A DNA stretch of 64,000 nt from a virus: IMG/VR virus record IMGVR_UViG_3300045988_154277; one strand, written 5' to 3'. Below, piece by piece: positions 8,868 through 18,129 of the stretch. The position numbers and the translations under genes are program-made. Position 1 is the stretch's first letter; each line of letters opens with the position of its first letter. The notes beneath the pieces were generated by a model. It was not told where the DNA came from. It saw nothing but the letters and a program-made list of their open reading frames with translations, and searched no databases.

Positions 8868-9086
8868 TTAGAGAAGATCTTGGATCTTCTCTACTAAGAT
8901 CGCATCGATCAGAAGTTGAGGGATGCTTTTGGTATAGACGAGGATGTAATCACCATCTCTTATCAGATCGTAACCCTCATGCTTATATTGGTTGTAGGAT
9001 GCGATAGCCATCTTCTGATCCATGGTACGTGCTTGACGTTTCAGGATAGCAAGATGAATCGTATTACCCATGGATAGGATCTTCAT
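8868..9086 (-). CDS. hypothetical small protein
   Basis: ORF track 8868..9194; start moved to internal ATG (MKILSMGN..) which has GGAGAT RBS and avoids a 47-nt overlap with 9148..9921. Confidence 0.45.
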   Translation of the reverse strand: MKILSMGNTIHLAILKRQARTMDQKMAIASYNQYKHEGYDLIRDGDYILVYTKSIPQLLIDAILVEKIQDLL

Positions 9087-9147
9087 GGTAGTATCTCCTA
9101 TATAAGAAAAAGAGAAGGTGGTGTAGTACCACCTTCTCGGTTCGATG

Positions 9148-9921
9148 TTAGAAGAGATTGGAGACCGTATCGGAAGCGGTCTCAGCAGCACCATCTCCGC
9201 AGAAGATCTTCTTCACACCGTAGACGATGGCTGCACCAGCAGCCATACCAACGATGACTCCCATCCCGTAGGATGCTCCGATGGTGAAGGCACTCCCAGC
9301 TTCACGAGCCAGGGTGGAACCATGCCGGTCACGTTCAGCGGGCTTGTTGGGATCGGGATGATCTTCCTGTTCCTCTTTGGGAGTGTCCTTCTTGGGTTCT
9401 TCTTTCGGAACATCCTGCTTGGGGTTGGGATCCACTTTCTTGGACTCCTGTTTGGTGTCCTTGGGATCGACCTTCGGTTCCGTCTTGGGCTGTTCCGGGT
9501 TGCCGTTGGTGTTCTTGGTTTCGGTGTTGACTTTGGTTTCTTCCATTTTGGATTCCTCCTGGTTGTGGTTGGTGTTGTTGGGGTTGATGGTTGCGTTGTT
9601 CTTGTTGTCTTCCATTTTGTTTTCCTCTTTTTGGTTAGGGGTTGTATGGGTTGCTTGTTTGGTTGCATGTTCCTGCAGCAGATCTTCCATCTGCTGACCG
9701 ACGTTGATACCGAATGAGTCTCTCGGGACTTCCTCGGTAAACTCCTCCACAGTAACACCTGTGGGGTTGTTCTCTGGATGATCCAGAGAGATCACAACGG
9801 TTCGACCAGTTGTGATGTTCGGCATATGAGCCGGATAGTCCGGTTCAGTAATGCCAGGACCAGTGAGACCTGGTGCCTGGTTTTCGAATGAACCACGGAA
9901 TTTGTGTCGTTTGTGTCCCAT
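9148..9921 (-). CDS. low-complexity Lys/Glu/Pro/Thr/Asn-rich protein with C-terminal glycine-zipper transmembrane helix
   Basis: 257 aa; AAGGAGG RBS; C-term ...GASYGMGVIVGMAAGAAIVYGV; the opposite-strand ORF 9145..9717 is hydrophobic antisense junk. Confidence 0.5.
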   Translation of the reverse strand: MGHKRHKFRGSFENQAPGLTGPGITEPDYPAHMPNITTGRTVVISLDHPENNPTGVTVEEFTEEVPRDSFGINVGQQMEDLLQEHATKQATHTTPNQKEENKMEDNKNNATINPNNTNHNQEESKMEETKVNTETKNTNGNPEQPKTEPKVDPKDTKQESKKVDPNPKQDVPKEEPKKDTPKEEQEDHPDPNKPAERDRHGSTLAREAGSAFTIGASYGMGVIVGMAAGAAIVYGVKKIFCGDGAAETASDTVSNLF

Positions 9922-10059
9922 ATGAGACCTCCTTATGTTAAGTTTTGAATTGGATGCTTATGTCTACCACGCCCTTGTTTAAAAGTATTGATGATCGCGA
10001 TACTTTGAGCGTGGTAGTTGGTCTACCCTACAAAGAAGGCAGACAGAACTAACGATGTT

Positions 10060-10209
10060 ACTTGGCGATCAACAAGTTGTCCATCGTGAGCTGGAATGCT
10101 TTATTTAACGCCTCATACCAGGTGAGGCTGGTCTTAGCCCAAATCTCTTCCCCGATCACATAGATCGGTCTCCTGAGATCCAAGCTGCTGTAGTCAAATT
10201 CTGACATAC
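10060..10209 (-). CDS. hypothetical small protein (49 aa), below ORF-track threshold
   Basis: ATG with AAGGAG RBS 7 nt upstream; MSEFDYSSLDLRRPIYVIGEEIWAKTSLTWYEALNKAFQLTMDNLLIAK. Confidence 0.35.
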
Positions 10210-10257
10210 AGTCTCCTTCTTAGGAAAGTTGTAGAACAACGTCACTCTCCACAACGA

Positions 10258-10293
10258 CCTAACACTAGAGTGTGGTAGCACTCTAGTGTTAGG
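10258..10293. terminator. perfect 15-bp-stem hairpin, terminator-like
   Basis: cctaacactagagtg-tggtag-cactctagtgttagg followed by gtcctttactattact. Confidence 0.4.
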
Positions 10294-10350
10294 GTCCTTT
10301 ACTATTACTGGAGTCGTGATAAGAAGTCATCGCTCTACTAGTATCATAAG

Positions 10351-10387
10351 AGTTATATATATTCGAAATATTTTGAACTACACTTTT
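10351..10387 (+). promoter_or_regulatory. promoter-like element; the 33-mer 10355..10387 is identical to 39695..39727
   Basis: agtTatatatattcgaaatattttgaactacactttt vs agtAatatatattcgaaatattttgaactacactttt; ~60 nt upstream of the ATG at 10449. Confidence 0.6.
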
Positions 10388-10448
10388 AGATAGAGTACTC
10401 TGTGTTGATCCGAGATGCTATGTCCATATACAGAAGGAGGACATAAGC

Positions 10449-10867
10449 ATGAGTGCTAAAATCTACACAAATGGAAAGTGGGTTGATCTTTCCCCTGCTA
10501 CGGGGGGGGGGTAATCAGTCTTGGAGACTCCGTGTTTGAAAACCAATTGTCGTCCGAGAATGGTGTTCGATTCGGATCGCAAGCAACAGCTACATCGTTC
10601 GTTCAAATGTCATTCCGTTATGCTGGAAAATCAGATGCAACAGGAACGGGATACATCGCGGTAGGAGAACAAGATCGATCTGTTGATCCTAAAACGTTTA
10701 CACGAAGAGGATATCTGCTTATCCCCTTGACAGATGCTGGATATTACTCTGTATCCTTTGTAGTATCCGAAGGTATGTATCCTGCGTGGAAGTTTGAAGA
10801 AGGTAAGTCGTTTGGAAACATCCTTACATATATGACCACCACACCACTCACGATCGTATCAAACTGA
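10449..10867 (+). pseudogene. poly-G-interrupted (frameshifted or phase-variable) homolog of the small late gene 58975..59181
   Basis: ATG 10449 frame gives MSAKIYTNGKWVDLSPATGGG* ending right after G10 (10502-10511); frame of ORF 10532..10867 is open back through the G tract; +1 G fuses them into ~139 aa resembling MSKAKIYINGAWVDLGG... of 58975. Confidence 0.6.
10502..10511 (+). repeat. G10 homopolymer followed by TAAT, candidate slippage site
   Basis: cGGGGGGGGGGtaat; same context as the G11 tract at 54082..54092. Confidence 0.8.
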
Positions 10868-10883
10868 TCTCGATATAAAAGAA

Positions 10884-10918
10884 GAACTACAGGGAGTTGG
10901 TTAGACTCCCTGTAGTTC
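10884..10918. terminator. bidirectional hairpin terminator (14-bp stem); U-tract on the minus side
   Basis: gaactacagggagt-tggttag-actccctgtagttc; minus-strand transcript continues UUCUUUUAUAU. Confidence 0.65.
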
Positions 10919-10929
10919 CATATGTTGCA

Positions 10930-13032
10930 TCATCCGTAAAGGTCCATCAGAAGTGTCTTAGTCTCTTTATTGAGATGAGCCACTCCGATGTTGAGTTTGT
11001 TCAGGACTCGATACAGAGCAGAACAGTTGTGATAGATGATCTTCTTGTAATCCACCAAAGGGATGATCTCTTTGGGGATCGCATTCGCAGCTGGGTTGAT
11101 CAGGACGTTGTTCGGGAACTTCTTATGCTGTTCTACGAACTTCATCGTCTCTTGATAGATGGATTTATTCATCTTCTCAAGCTCCTGATAATAACCGGCT
11201 GTAGGGGTGTACAGGGATACGTAAATCACCTTAGCTGGCGGTTGAACATCCCCGTATTTCTTGGCATAAACAGCTTGCCAGAACATCCAAGCGAAGAACA
11301 CAGAGGTTGACTCAGGATCACTGTAATCTCTCTCATACTTCAAGGATGTGATCTGGAGGAACTCTGTTTCTCCACGTTTGATACTATCCATGATGTTGTG
11401 TTCCCACCCAAGTACTTTATCGATCAACTTATTGGCTGATAGCTTCCCTTGGATGGAAGGATACAACACATCGTTCTCGATGAAGTTCTGGATGAAATCA
11501 AGAGAGGTTGAACAGATCGAAGATCCTCTGAGTGTTTGACCTTTGATATCCGCTTTGGGTTTGGGTAGGATTACTCCTTCCTGCACCGCTTGGATCCCAC
11601 AATACGTCTTCTTGATACCGAAGAGCAACATGATGGGATAGAGGAACTCATTCTTCATCGCCAGCACACGACGATGCTCAGGAGATACCCCATGAAGGAT
11701 ACTGTATCGATAGCAAGCGTGACGAACACTATGATGGAGCCAGTAGATCACCAAGGAAGTGATCTGATAACTCTCATCTGTGATGTCATAGTGGATCCCA
11801 CCACGATACCAATCATCCCACTCAGCAGCTGTGAAGATTTCACTATCCGTATCACTGATGATAACGGTGTTCCGCCAGGTCATTTGTTTCTTACGAACCT
11901 CTGGAACATCCGCATCTGTGTTGACGAACGTATCGAACAGGAGATCCAGCATGTGGACTTTCTTCTCGATGCTCTTACAGTAAGCTACCACCTTCGGGAT
12001 CAACTCTGGATGTTCTTCCACGATGATCTTGATCGAGTAGTTGTTGAACTCCTTCGCAAGACCCACTGTTGTGATCGCCAGCACCGTCTCATCTTGTTTG
12101 AAGATATCATCCGCTGTTACATTCGGATCGATCTGTACTTTACTGGTATCGAACACATAGTGGATGAACCCTTTGAAGATCTCAGAGTTGTACCACATGA
12201 TGTGTCTCAGATTACAGTAGTAGAAGAGGAAAGTCACTTCCAATGGGGTGAGTCGACTTACCAGTCGGTCTACAGAAGCCATCTGACAACCAGGACAGTA
12301 CCGATGTAATGTCTCAGTGTAGAAATCGATCAGCTGCATGTGATCGATCATCTTCAGTTTATACTTCTGGATCGCTTGGTTGATCTGATCATCCGAAGGA
12401 CGCAACCTTAAGTTAAGTAGGATGTGGTTCACCAGTTCATCTTCACTGAACCAGGAGAAGTTCCCACCCAACAACTGTTCTGCTACCGTGTATGCTCTTA
12501 CGATCATACAGCGAGCAGCAGATGTGATCGTGTTGTATCCCGGTTTATCATAGAAGATATTGAACGGAGATCCGAATCCTCCAGGTAGACTGTTACAGTT
12601 GATCTTGATCGTAGCTTGCTGATACCAGCAACGCTTCGCTTCCAAGTCATCACCCACCGCTTCTGCAGCAAGTTGTTTCTTCTTAACCTTCTTACGTTCT
12701 TTCAGCTTATCGACGACCATCTCTGCGATGAACGAAGATTGTTCGATCGTTGGTTTGTACATCGATCCAGCTGGTGTGATTACTTTGGATTTTTGTTGAT
12801 TCAAGAACTGGTAGAAATCTTCCTCCACGATCTTCTCATTCCCAGGAGAGACCGTCTTATTGTAAATAACTCGTTTACTCTGATATCGTTCTCGGAAGGT
12901 ATCCTTCAGGAACCGTTTGATCTCATTATCATCTTCAAATCCAGTCATCCTCTTTAGATAGTCATAATGCATCCGCATCGCTTCCTGGAAGATATCGGGT
13001 CTTACTATCTGATCGGTTGTTAGCATATTCAC
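10930..13032 (-). CDS. large hypothetical protein (700 aa) with acidic DTDS / LYPSI motifs of unknown significance
   Basis: Long ORF, balanced composition; ...VIISDTDSEIF...RGGIHYDITDE...NDVLYPSIQ...; no P-loop. Confidence 0.65.
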   Translation of the reverse strand: MNMLTTDQIVRPDIFQEAMRMHYDYLKRMTGFEDDNEIKRFLKDTFRERYQSKRVIYNKTVSPGNEKIVEEDFYQFLNQQKSKVITPAGSMYKPTIEQSSFIAEMVVDKLKERKKVKKKQLAAEAVGDDLEAKRCWYQQATIKINCNSLPGGFGSPFNIFYDKPGYNTITSAARCMIVRAYTVAEQLLGGNFSWFSEDELVNHILLNLRLRPSDDQINQAIQKYKLKMIDHMQLIDFYTETLHRYCPGCQMASVDRLVSRLTPLEVTFLFYYCNLRHIMWYNSEIFKGFIHYVFDTSKVQIDPNVTADDIFKQDETVLAITTVGLAKEFNNYSIKIIVEEHPELIPKVVAYCKSIEKKVHMLDLLFDTFVNTDADVPEVRKKQMTWRNTVIISDTDSEIFTAAEWDDWYRGGIHYDITDESYQITSLVIYWLHHSVRHACYRYSILHGVSPEHRRVLAMKNEFLYPIMLLFGIKKTYCGIQAVQEGVILPKPKADIKGQTLRGSSICSTSLDFIQNFIENDVLYPSIQGKLSANKLIDKVLGWEHNIMDSIKRGETEFLQITSLKYERDYSDPESTSVFFAWMFWQAVYAKKYGDVQPPAKVIYVSLYTPTAGYYQELEKMNKSIYQETMKFVEQHKKFPNNVLINPAANAIPKEIIPLVDYKKIIYHNCSALYRVLNKLNIGVAHLNKETKTLLMDLYG

Positions 13033-13077
13033 CTCTAGTTGTAATATTCAGTCGTATAGGTTGAAACTCTTTCATTG

Positions 13078-13100
13078 AGTAATATATGCTTGAAAGAACG
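13078..13100 (+). promoter_or_regulatory. copy of the AGTAATATAT..TTGAAAG motif ~78 nt upstream of 13156
   Basis: agtaatatatgcttgaaagaacg. Confidence 0.45.
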
Positions 13101-13155
13101 ATGGTGATCCCAAGTCATGCTATGCTTAAACTTGTCTCAACAATAACTTTTACAT

Positions 13156-14331
13156 ATGGAGTCTATGATGATCCCTAACCCTGCTTGTCTTGGTCTGGAA
13201 GCACTGATCCCGTCGGAGACGATCGCTTACCAGCAAATCCAGAAGATGTCCCATGATCTGAATGTTACTCAGAAACAACTGTTCGATCAGATGGGACTTC
13301 TCCGCAATGCTCATGATCTTTACATCGACAGCCGTCGTAGTCCTGTGGCTTATGTTGCAGCGATGCGTGCGATGGATCTGAAACAACCAGGTGATCTGGT
13401 TAGGATGTATGCTTCTGTTGAAGATGCTTACGATACTGCTTTCCGCACATACGAAGCTTGTGTGGATCGGTTCGTAAGGTTCTGCAAGGAACATATGACG
13501 GATGAGAAATACAAACTCGCTTATCAAGCTGCGATCGAGAATATCCAGATGCAGTACCATAACCTACTCTGTCTGGATCCGAGAGCGAACGGTGGTGTCG
13601 ACATCGGTCCTTCCACAGAAAGTCTTGTGATGGGGGATGTATCGGATGCATCGATGGAAGGGTTCTTCAAGAATATCATCGAGAGCATCAAGCATACATT
13701 CACACGAGATCTCAAGTGCAAAGAGATCATGAGTGAGATTGCGGCAAGAGCATCCAGCGCTTCGAAAGAAGCTGATGATAAATTCAAATCCATCGCTCAT
13801 GAGTTCAAGTGTCCTCCAGCTGATGACCTGCAAGAAGGAATCGCATACATCGGACCAACGACGAAGTTCCTTAGTGAACGGTTCGATGCGTTCATGAACG
13901 CACACAAATCGATCTTCACCAGGAAGATGTCTGGAGCAGAACAGGAAGCTTATTTGAAGAAGTTCTTGAAAGAACATAAAGATCACTTCAATCAGTGGGG
14001 TGCGAAATATGGTGATTACCATATGTCGTATCGCAAGGAAGGCAACTATGGCTCCCTCGGTTACAACATGAAGAAAGTGGTTCAGCTGTTCAAAGCCTTC
14101 GAAACGACATCTTCGGGTGCGCGCTCTATGTTGAAAAAGATGTTCGAACAGACAGAAGGGCACACTCAAATTGATGGTGCTTCCTACAACGGGAGTGGTG
14201 TTACCATCTACTATTCCATCAAGAAGGAATGGAGACTGTGCAATGCTCACCTCGAACGTGTCTTGGAGATCTACGACCAAGTTGATTACACGATCTTCCG
14301 TATCGGCAAAGACGTGAAATCCTGTCTCTAA
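13156..14331 (+). CDS. hypothetical protein
   Basis: 391-aa ORF; the opposite-strand ORF 13564..14340 has antisense-like composition. Confidence 0.6.
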   Translation: MESMMIPNPACLGLEALIPSETIAYQQIQKMSHDLNVTQKQLFDQMGLLRNAHDLYIDSRRSPVAYVAAMRAMDLKQPGDLVRMYASVEDAYDTAFRTYEACVDRFVRFCKEHMTDEKYKLAYQAAIENIQMQYHNLLCLDPRANGGVDIGPSTESLVMGDVSDASMEGFFKNIIESIKHTFTRDLKCKEIMSEIAARASSASKEADDKFKSIAHEFKCPPADDLQEGIAYIGPTTKFLSERFDAFMNAHKSIFTRKMSGAEQEAYLKKFLKEHKDHFNQWGAKYGDYHMSYRKEGNYGSLGYNMKKVVQLFKAFETTSSGARSMLKKMFEQTEGHTQIDGASYNGSGVTIYYSIKKEWRLCNAHLERVLEIYDQVDYTIFRIGKDVKSCL

Positions 14332-14358
14332 AACATACACAACTTAAGGATAACAACA

Positions 14359-14880
14359 ATGAAAACACAACCTGTCAATACCGCTGTACAAACTGCAGTG
14401 ATCCGCGAATCTGCGATCGTAGCTCTTCTGGAAGACTACGGGAGATTCCTTCTGAAACATCAACGTGTCTCTTCGATGGAAGAGTGTCGGGATAAGATCG
14501 GACAGATCATCAGTCTCGCCATGGATCGAGGAGATGCTACCCAGAACACTCTCGCTCACATCGAACGTTGGCTCTCCAAGAGAACGGTCAGCACAGACTT
14601 CACTTGTTGCTGCAAGAGGATCGAAAAGTATCTCAGTCACGCTCTTGTGGAAGAGATGGGTGAGGTAATGCAGGAACACAATGTCGCATCGGATGACCCG
14701 AGTTATGCTGAATTCAAACAAGTGTACGATATTTATCTTCAGTGCAAACAAGCGACGGAAGCTCTGATTGCGAAGTATGGTCAACAGGTCAAATCGATTG
14801 CTGCTCAATTCATCACGGAATACAAGCAGGCGTTCGATCCGGAGTTCGTTGCCAAAGTGGAACAAGCGAAGAACTGCTAA
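14359..14880 (+). CDS. hypothetical protein
   Basis: 173-aa ORF with AAGGA RBS, followed by terminator. Confidence 0.55.
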   Translation: MKTQPVNTAVQTAVIRESAIVALLEDYGRFLLKHQRVSSMEECRDKIGQIISLAMDRGDATQNTLAHIERWLSKRTVSTDFTCCCKRIEKYLSHALVEEMGEVMQEHNVASDDPSYAEFKQVYDIYLQCKQATEALIAKYGQQVKSIAAQFITEYKQAFDPEFVAKVEQAKNC

Positions 14881-14889
14881 CATTTAATT

Positions 14890-14921
14890 ACTGATGGGTG
14901 GTTGTGTGACCACCCATCAGT
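14890..14921 (+). terminator. rho-independent terminator
   Basis: actgatgggtgg-ttgtgtga-ccacccatcagt then tatatttctatc. Confidence 0.7.
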
Positions 14922-14959
14922 ATATTTCTATCTATGCGGATGATCCTACCTTATAGGAG

Positions 14960-15724
14960 GTGGTGAATATGGAACCTAATGATGTTAAATATTTCTTAGA
15001 ACAACTGAAGCTCGTGTTCTCTTCGTTGTTCGCAAGACAGATGTCGTATGTGATCTTCGGATGTCCGAAGTTACAAGACAACGAACTGTTGTTCTCTAAT
15101 GTGGACTCAGTAGCGATTGAAGTTTACGAGAACGATCCGGAGTTCTACTTTCACAAAGTAACGATCCATGATCAACGATTCTTGGATCTTCTGTATCAGC
15201 AGTATCCGATATTGAAATCTCATGTAATCTGTATGGATGTGAAGACATTCATGTCAGCTGTGAACAAATCAACCAAGTCGCTGACAGAGAGCAAATTGTC
15301 CTTGGCTGAGCAGGAGCTTCTCTTCGAATGTCAGGAGATTTCGATACCCTGTGGACAGATGATTTCAGAGTTCACAGCGAACCATTATTACGACATCTTC
15401 TTATCCGGATTACCGGATGGTGAAGATCCGTATGTGGTACAGTTACAACTGGATCAGATCGATCCGACGAAGATTACATATTTGGATATCAATGACCACG
15501 GTGGTCAGACGATCCAGGAGATCCTTCATTCCAGATGTATGTTGTTACAAGGTAAGAATATCATCTCTACGAAGGAGTATATCCCGAAGTCCAAGATATC
15601 CGAGTACACCTTACAGTTAACAGCAGGCGGAACCAAACAAGCACTGAAAGTGTCGATGATGTTCCAGAATGAGTTGTTATCTGTCGTATCCTCACAACCT
15701 GGGATACGGTATTACGTACGATAG
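14960..15724 (+). CDS. hypothetical protein
   Basis: 254-aa ORF; RBS taggaggtggtgaatATG. Confidence 0.6.
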   Translation: MVNMEPNDVKYFLEQLKLVFSSLFARQMSYVIFGCPKLQDNELLFSNVDSVAIEVYENDPEFYFHKVTIHDQRFLDLLYQQYPILKSHVICMDVKTFMSAVNKSTKSLTESKLSLAEQELLFECQEISIPCGQMISEFTANHYYDIFLSGLPDGEDPYVVQLQLDQIDPTKITYLDINDHGGQTIQEILHSRCMLLQGKNIISTKEYIPKSKISEYTLQLTAGGTKQALKVSMMFQNELLSVVSSQPGIRYYVR

Positions 15725-15742
15725 TATACAGAACATGTGGCA

Positions 15743-15779
15743 GAACTACACTACGTTGTAATGACGTAGTGTAGTTCTC
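15743..15779 (+). terminator. hairpin terminator (15-bp stem)
   Basis: agaactacactacgt-tgtaatg-acgtagtgtagttct. Confidence 0.55.
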
Positions 15780-15847
15780 TATTAGTAGTGTTAAATCGTA
15801 TACCTACTAGAATATTTGAACACTCTTACAATAAGGAGTATACCACT

Positions 15848-17734
15848 ATGGAACGTCGACCGATTAATCGTGTTGTCCAACCGATGGAAGATGGTCTTCC
15901 TGAAGTCCCGCCAACTGAAGTGATTGTGGATAAACATCCAGAACCACAGCCTTCTGAACCAACACCATCTGCTGTGACAGATGAGGACTGGGCGAAGGAG
16001 ATCGAGCGTGAGAAAGCGGAACAGGAAGCTGTCCTGAAGAAACTTGCGGAAGAAGAGAAAGCTACTGAGCAGAAGGTAACAGAGACTCAACAGCATGAGA
16101 TGCAAGCGGATCAGAAGATCGCCGAACTGGAACGACAGCTGGCTGAACTGAAAGCCCAGCAAGCCAAACCGGTACAGGAACCACCGAAGCCACAGCCGCA
16201 ACCTGTTGCCCCTAAAGAACCCAAACAAGAAGCACAACAGCCTGCTCCCTCAGCACCTGTGAATCCTCTTGAAAAACTCCAACAGGATGAACTGGGTGGG
16301 ACTTTGTCACAGAATACCCCTGAAGCGAATGCTCCGAAAGAGGAGATCGTCGATCCCGTCCAGAAGAAACACGATGAGATCGCTACCAAGAACAACTGTT
16401 CCAACCGTGTCTTTACAGACAATGGTACGGAAGATGATCTGGACAACGCGATCATCACGTACGACAGAGAGGATCAGCGAGATGAAGAAGCCAAAGAGGA
16501 ATCGCCTTCTCCTGGTATCATCGCGATGTCACTCTGTGCACAAGCGGGACAGAAGACCAAACAAGCTCGTATGATGAACCGGTATATCAATGAGCTCAAG
16601 GAGTTGAATCAGAAGTTCGAGATCCTCACGGAAAGCGTCCTCCGTCTGTCCAAGATCACTCCTCGCCTCCCCAAGAACGACAAGACAACACCGATCCATC
16701 TGTCCGGCGATGCTGCGAAGATCGCCGTTCTTTCCAGAACACAGGGACTGTACCGGATCATGCTCTACAACAGTGGCTTTTGGATCACGGTTCGTCCTCT
16801 TACGGTATCGGATGCTTCTGCGTTCGTTCATGAAGTGGACAATGATTTCAAAGAACTGGGTCGGATCTTGGGTGGACAATTCCATCTGGTCCTCGGTGCC
16901 TATCTGAAACAGAAGGTGCTGGAGATCCTTCCCAATGTGATCGTCTCTTCGAACCTGGAAGACTGGGATCAGCCGGATGTGCTCGGAGAAGCGATCTCCA
17001 TGCACGATTACGATACGATCCTCTGGGGGATCTGTTGTTCCATGTATCGAGACGGGATCGGGATCGGGGTCCACTGCACCAATATGGAATGTCGTCATAT
17101 CGACGCCAACCAATATGTGGATCTCACCAAGGCGTGTTACATCAATCCCGATGTGTTCAATGAGGAAGCGATGACGTGGATGCGCGATACGAGAGTCAAC
17201 AGGACCTTGGATGATTGTCTCAGATATCGCAACACTATCCTGAAGTCTACCAAGACGCTCCCGATGGATGACAACAAGGTGTTGATCCACATGCGTGTTC
17301 CCTCTATCCAGACCTACACAAAACGCAGTGTTGAACTGATCGGGAAGATGCAGTCTGCGATCTATCGGGCGAAGACCCGTAAGAACCAGGAACTGCAGAA
17401 TCAAGTGATCTTCCACATTTACAAGATGCTGGCTCCCTGGATTTCATCGATCGTCTACAAGAACGAGTCGGATGCGGATGTTGTGATCGAAGGTTACGAT
17501 GCGATCTGCGCCGACTTGGAAGCCAGAGCAGAACAGGACCACACTCTCTACAGCAAACTGGAAGAATATATTCGCGATACGAAATGTTCGATGTACTGTC
17601 TGACTTCGATCGAATGTCCGAAGTGTCACAAGAAACCCAATCTCAACTCTGAAGGACTGTTCCCGTTGGATGTTGAGTACCTTTTTTTCGGGTTAACCTG
17701 TCTGAAGTTGGAGCAGACAGGAGCACAATTGTAA
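15848..17734 (+). CDS. hypothetical protein with N-terminal Pro/Glu/Gln/Lys-rich coiled-coil-like region
   Basis: ORF track 15788..17734; start likely ATG 15848 (aaggagtataccactATG). Confidence 0.6.
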   Translation: MERRPINRVVQPMEDGLPEVPPTEVIVDKHPEPQPSEPTPSAVTDEDWAKEIEREKAEQEAVLKKLAEEEKATEQKVTETQQHEMQADQKIAELERQLAELKAQQAKPVQEPPKPQPQPVAPKEPKQEAQQPAPSAPVNPLEKLQQDELGGTLSQNTPEANAPKEEIVDPVQKKHDEIATKNNCSNRVFTDNGTEDDLDNAIITYDREDQRDEEAKEESPSPGIIAMSLCAQAGQKTKQARMMNRYINELKELNQKFEILTESVLRLSKITPRLPKNDKTTPIHLSGDAAKIAVLSRTQGLYRIMLYNSGFWITVRPLTVSDASAFVHEVDNDFKELGRILGGQFHLVLGAYLKQKVLEILPNVIVSSNLEDWDQPDVLGEAISMHDYDTILWGICCSMYRDGIGIGVHCTNMECRHIDANQYVDLTKACYINPDVFNEEAMTWMRDTRVNRTLDDCLRYRNTILKSTKTLPMDDNKVLIHMRVPSIQTYTKRSVELIGKMQSAIYRAKTRKNQELQNQVIFHIYKMLAPWISSIVYKNESDADVVIEGYDAICADLEARAEQDHTLYSKLEEYIRDTKCSMYCLTSIECPKCHKKPNLNSEGLFPLDVEYLFFGLTCLKLEQTGAQL

Positions 17735-17769
17735 ATTATCTGGAAGAGTACTGGGAGAAAGGACAAGAT

Positions 17770-18126
17770 GTGATCTCCAAGAATGAGGGATTCAACAAAT
17801 CCTTTCATCTCCAGCTCTTCACAGACAGTCGCTTCCACAAAGCAGATAAGCGATATCGCTTCAATAACCCCAACTGGCACATCTCGTATAAAGAGCCAGG
17901 TGGTAACCTGGATCAGTATGAGAATCGTGTTATCGATCTGCTTCAACGAAGCGTAACACACGAACTGTTCGGACTCTCATATTGGGATCTGATGAATATG
18001 GATCTTCCTACTTTTAACAAGATCAGGAACCGTATCTTAGACATCTGTCAGAGACAAGATGAGATGAAGAACCAGATCGATAAAGAACAAAAGAAACTGG
18101 AAACGGCGCTCCAGAAAGGATATTAA
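17770..18126 (+). CDS. hypothetical protein (start uncertain, GTG in track)
   Basis: 118-aa ORF immediately upstream of the chaperonin; frame open from previous stop. Confidence 0.4.
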   Translation: MISKNEGFNKSFHLQLFTDSRFHKADKRYRFNNPNWHISYKEPGGNLDQYENRVIDLLQRSVTHELFGLSYWDLMNMDLPTFNKIRNRILDICQRQDEMKNQIDKEQKKLETALQKGY

Positions 18127-18129
18127 CCT

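Noticed and set aside
9145-9717. 190-aa plus-strand ORF
   Set aside because: Poly-hydrophobic G/V/L/F antisense reading of the Lys/Glu-rich gene 9148..9921.
10930-13032. Family-B DNA polymerase or AEP primase assignment for the 700-aa protein
   Set aside because: The motif order (DTDS before LYPS) is the reverse of PolB, and the DxD to sGxGxH spacing is too short for AEP. The gene is kept as a protein of unknown function.
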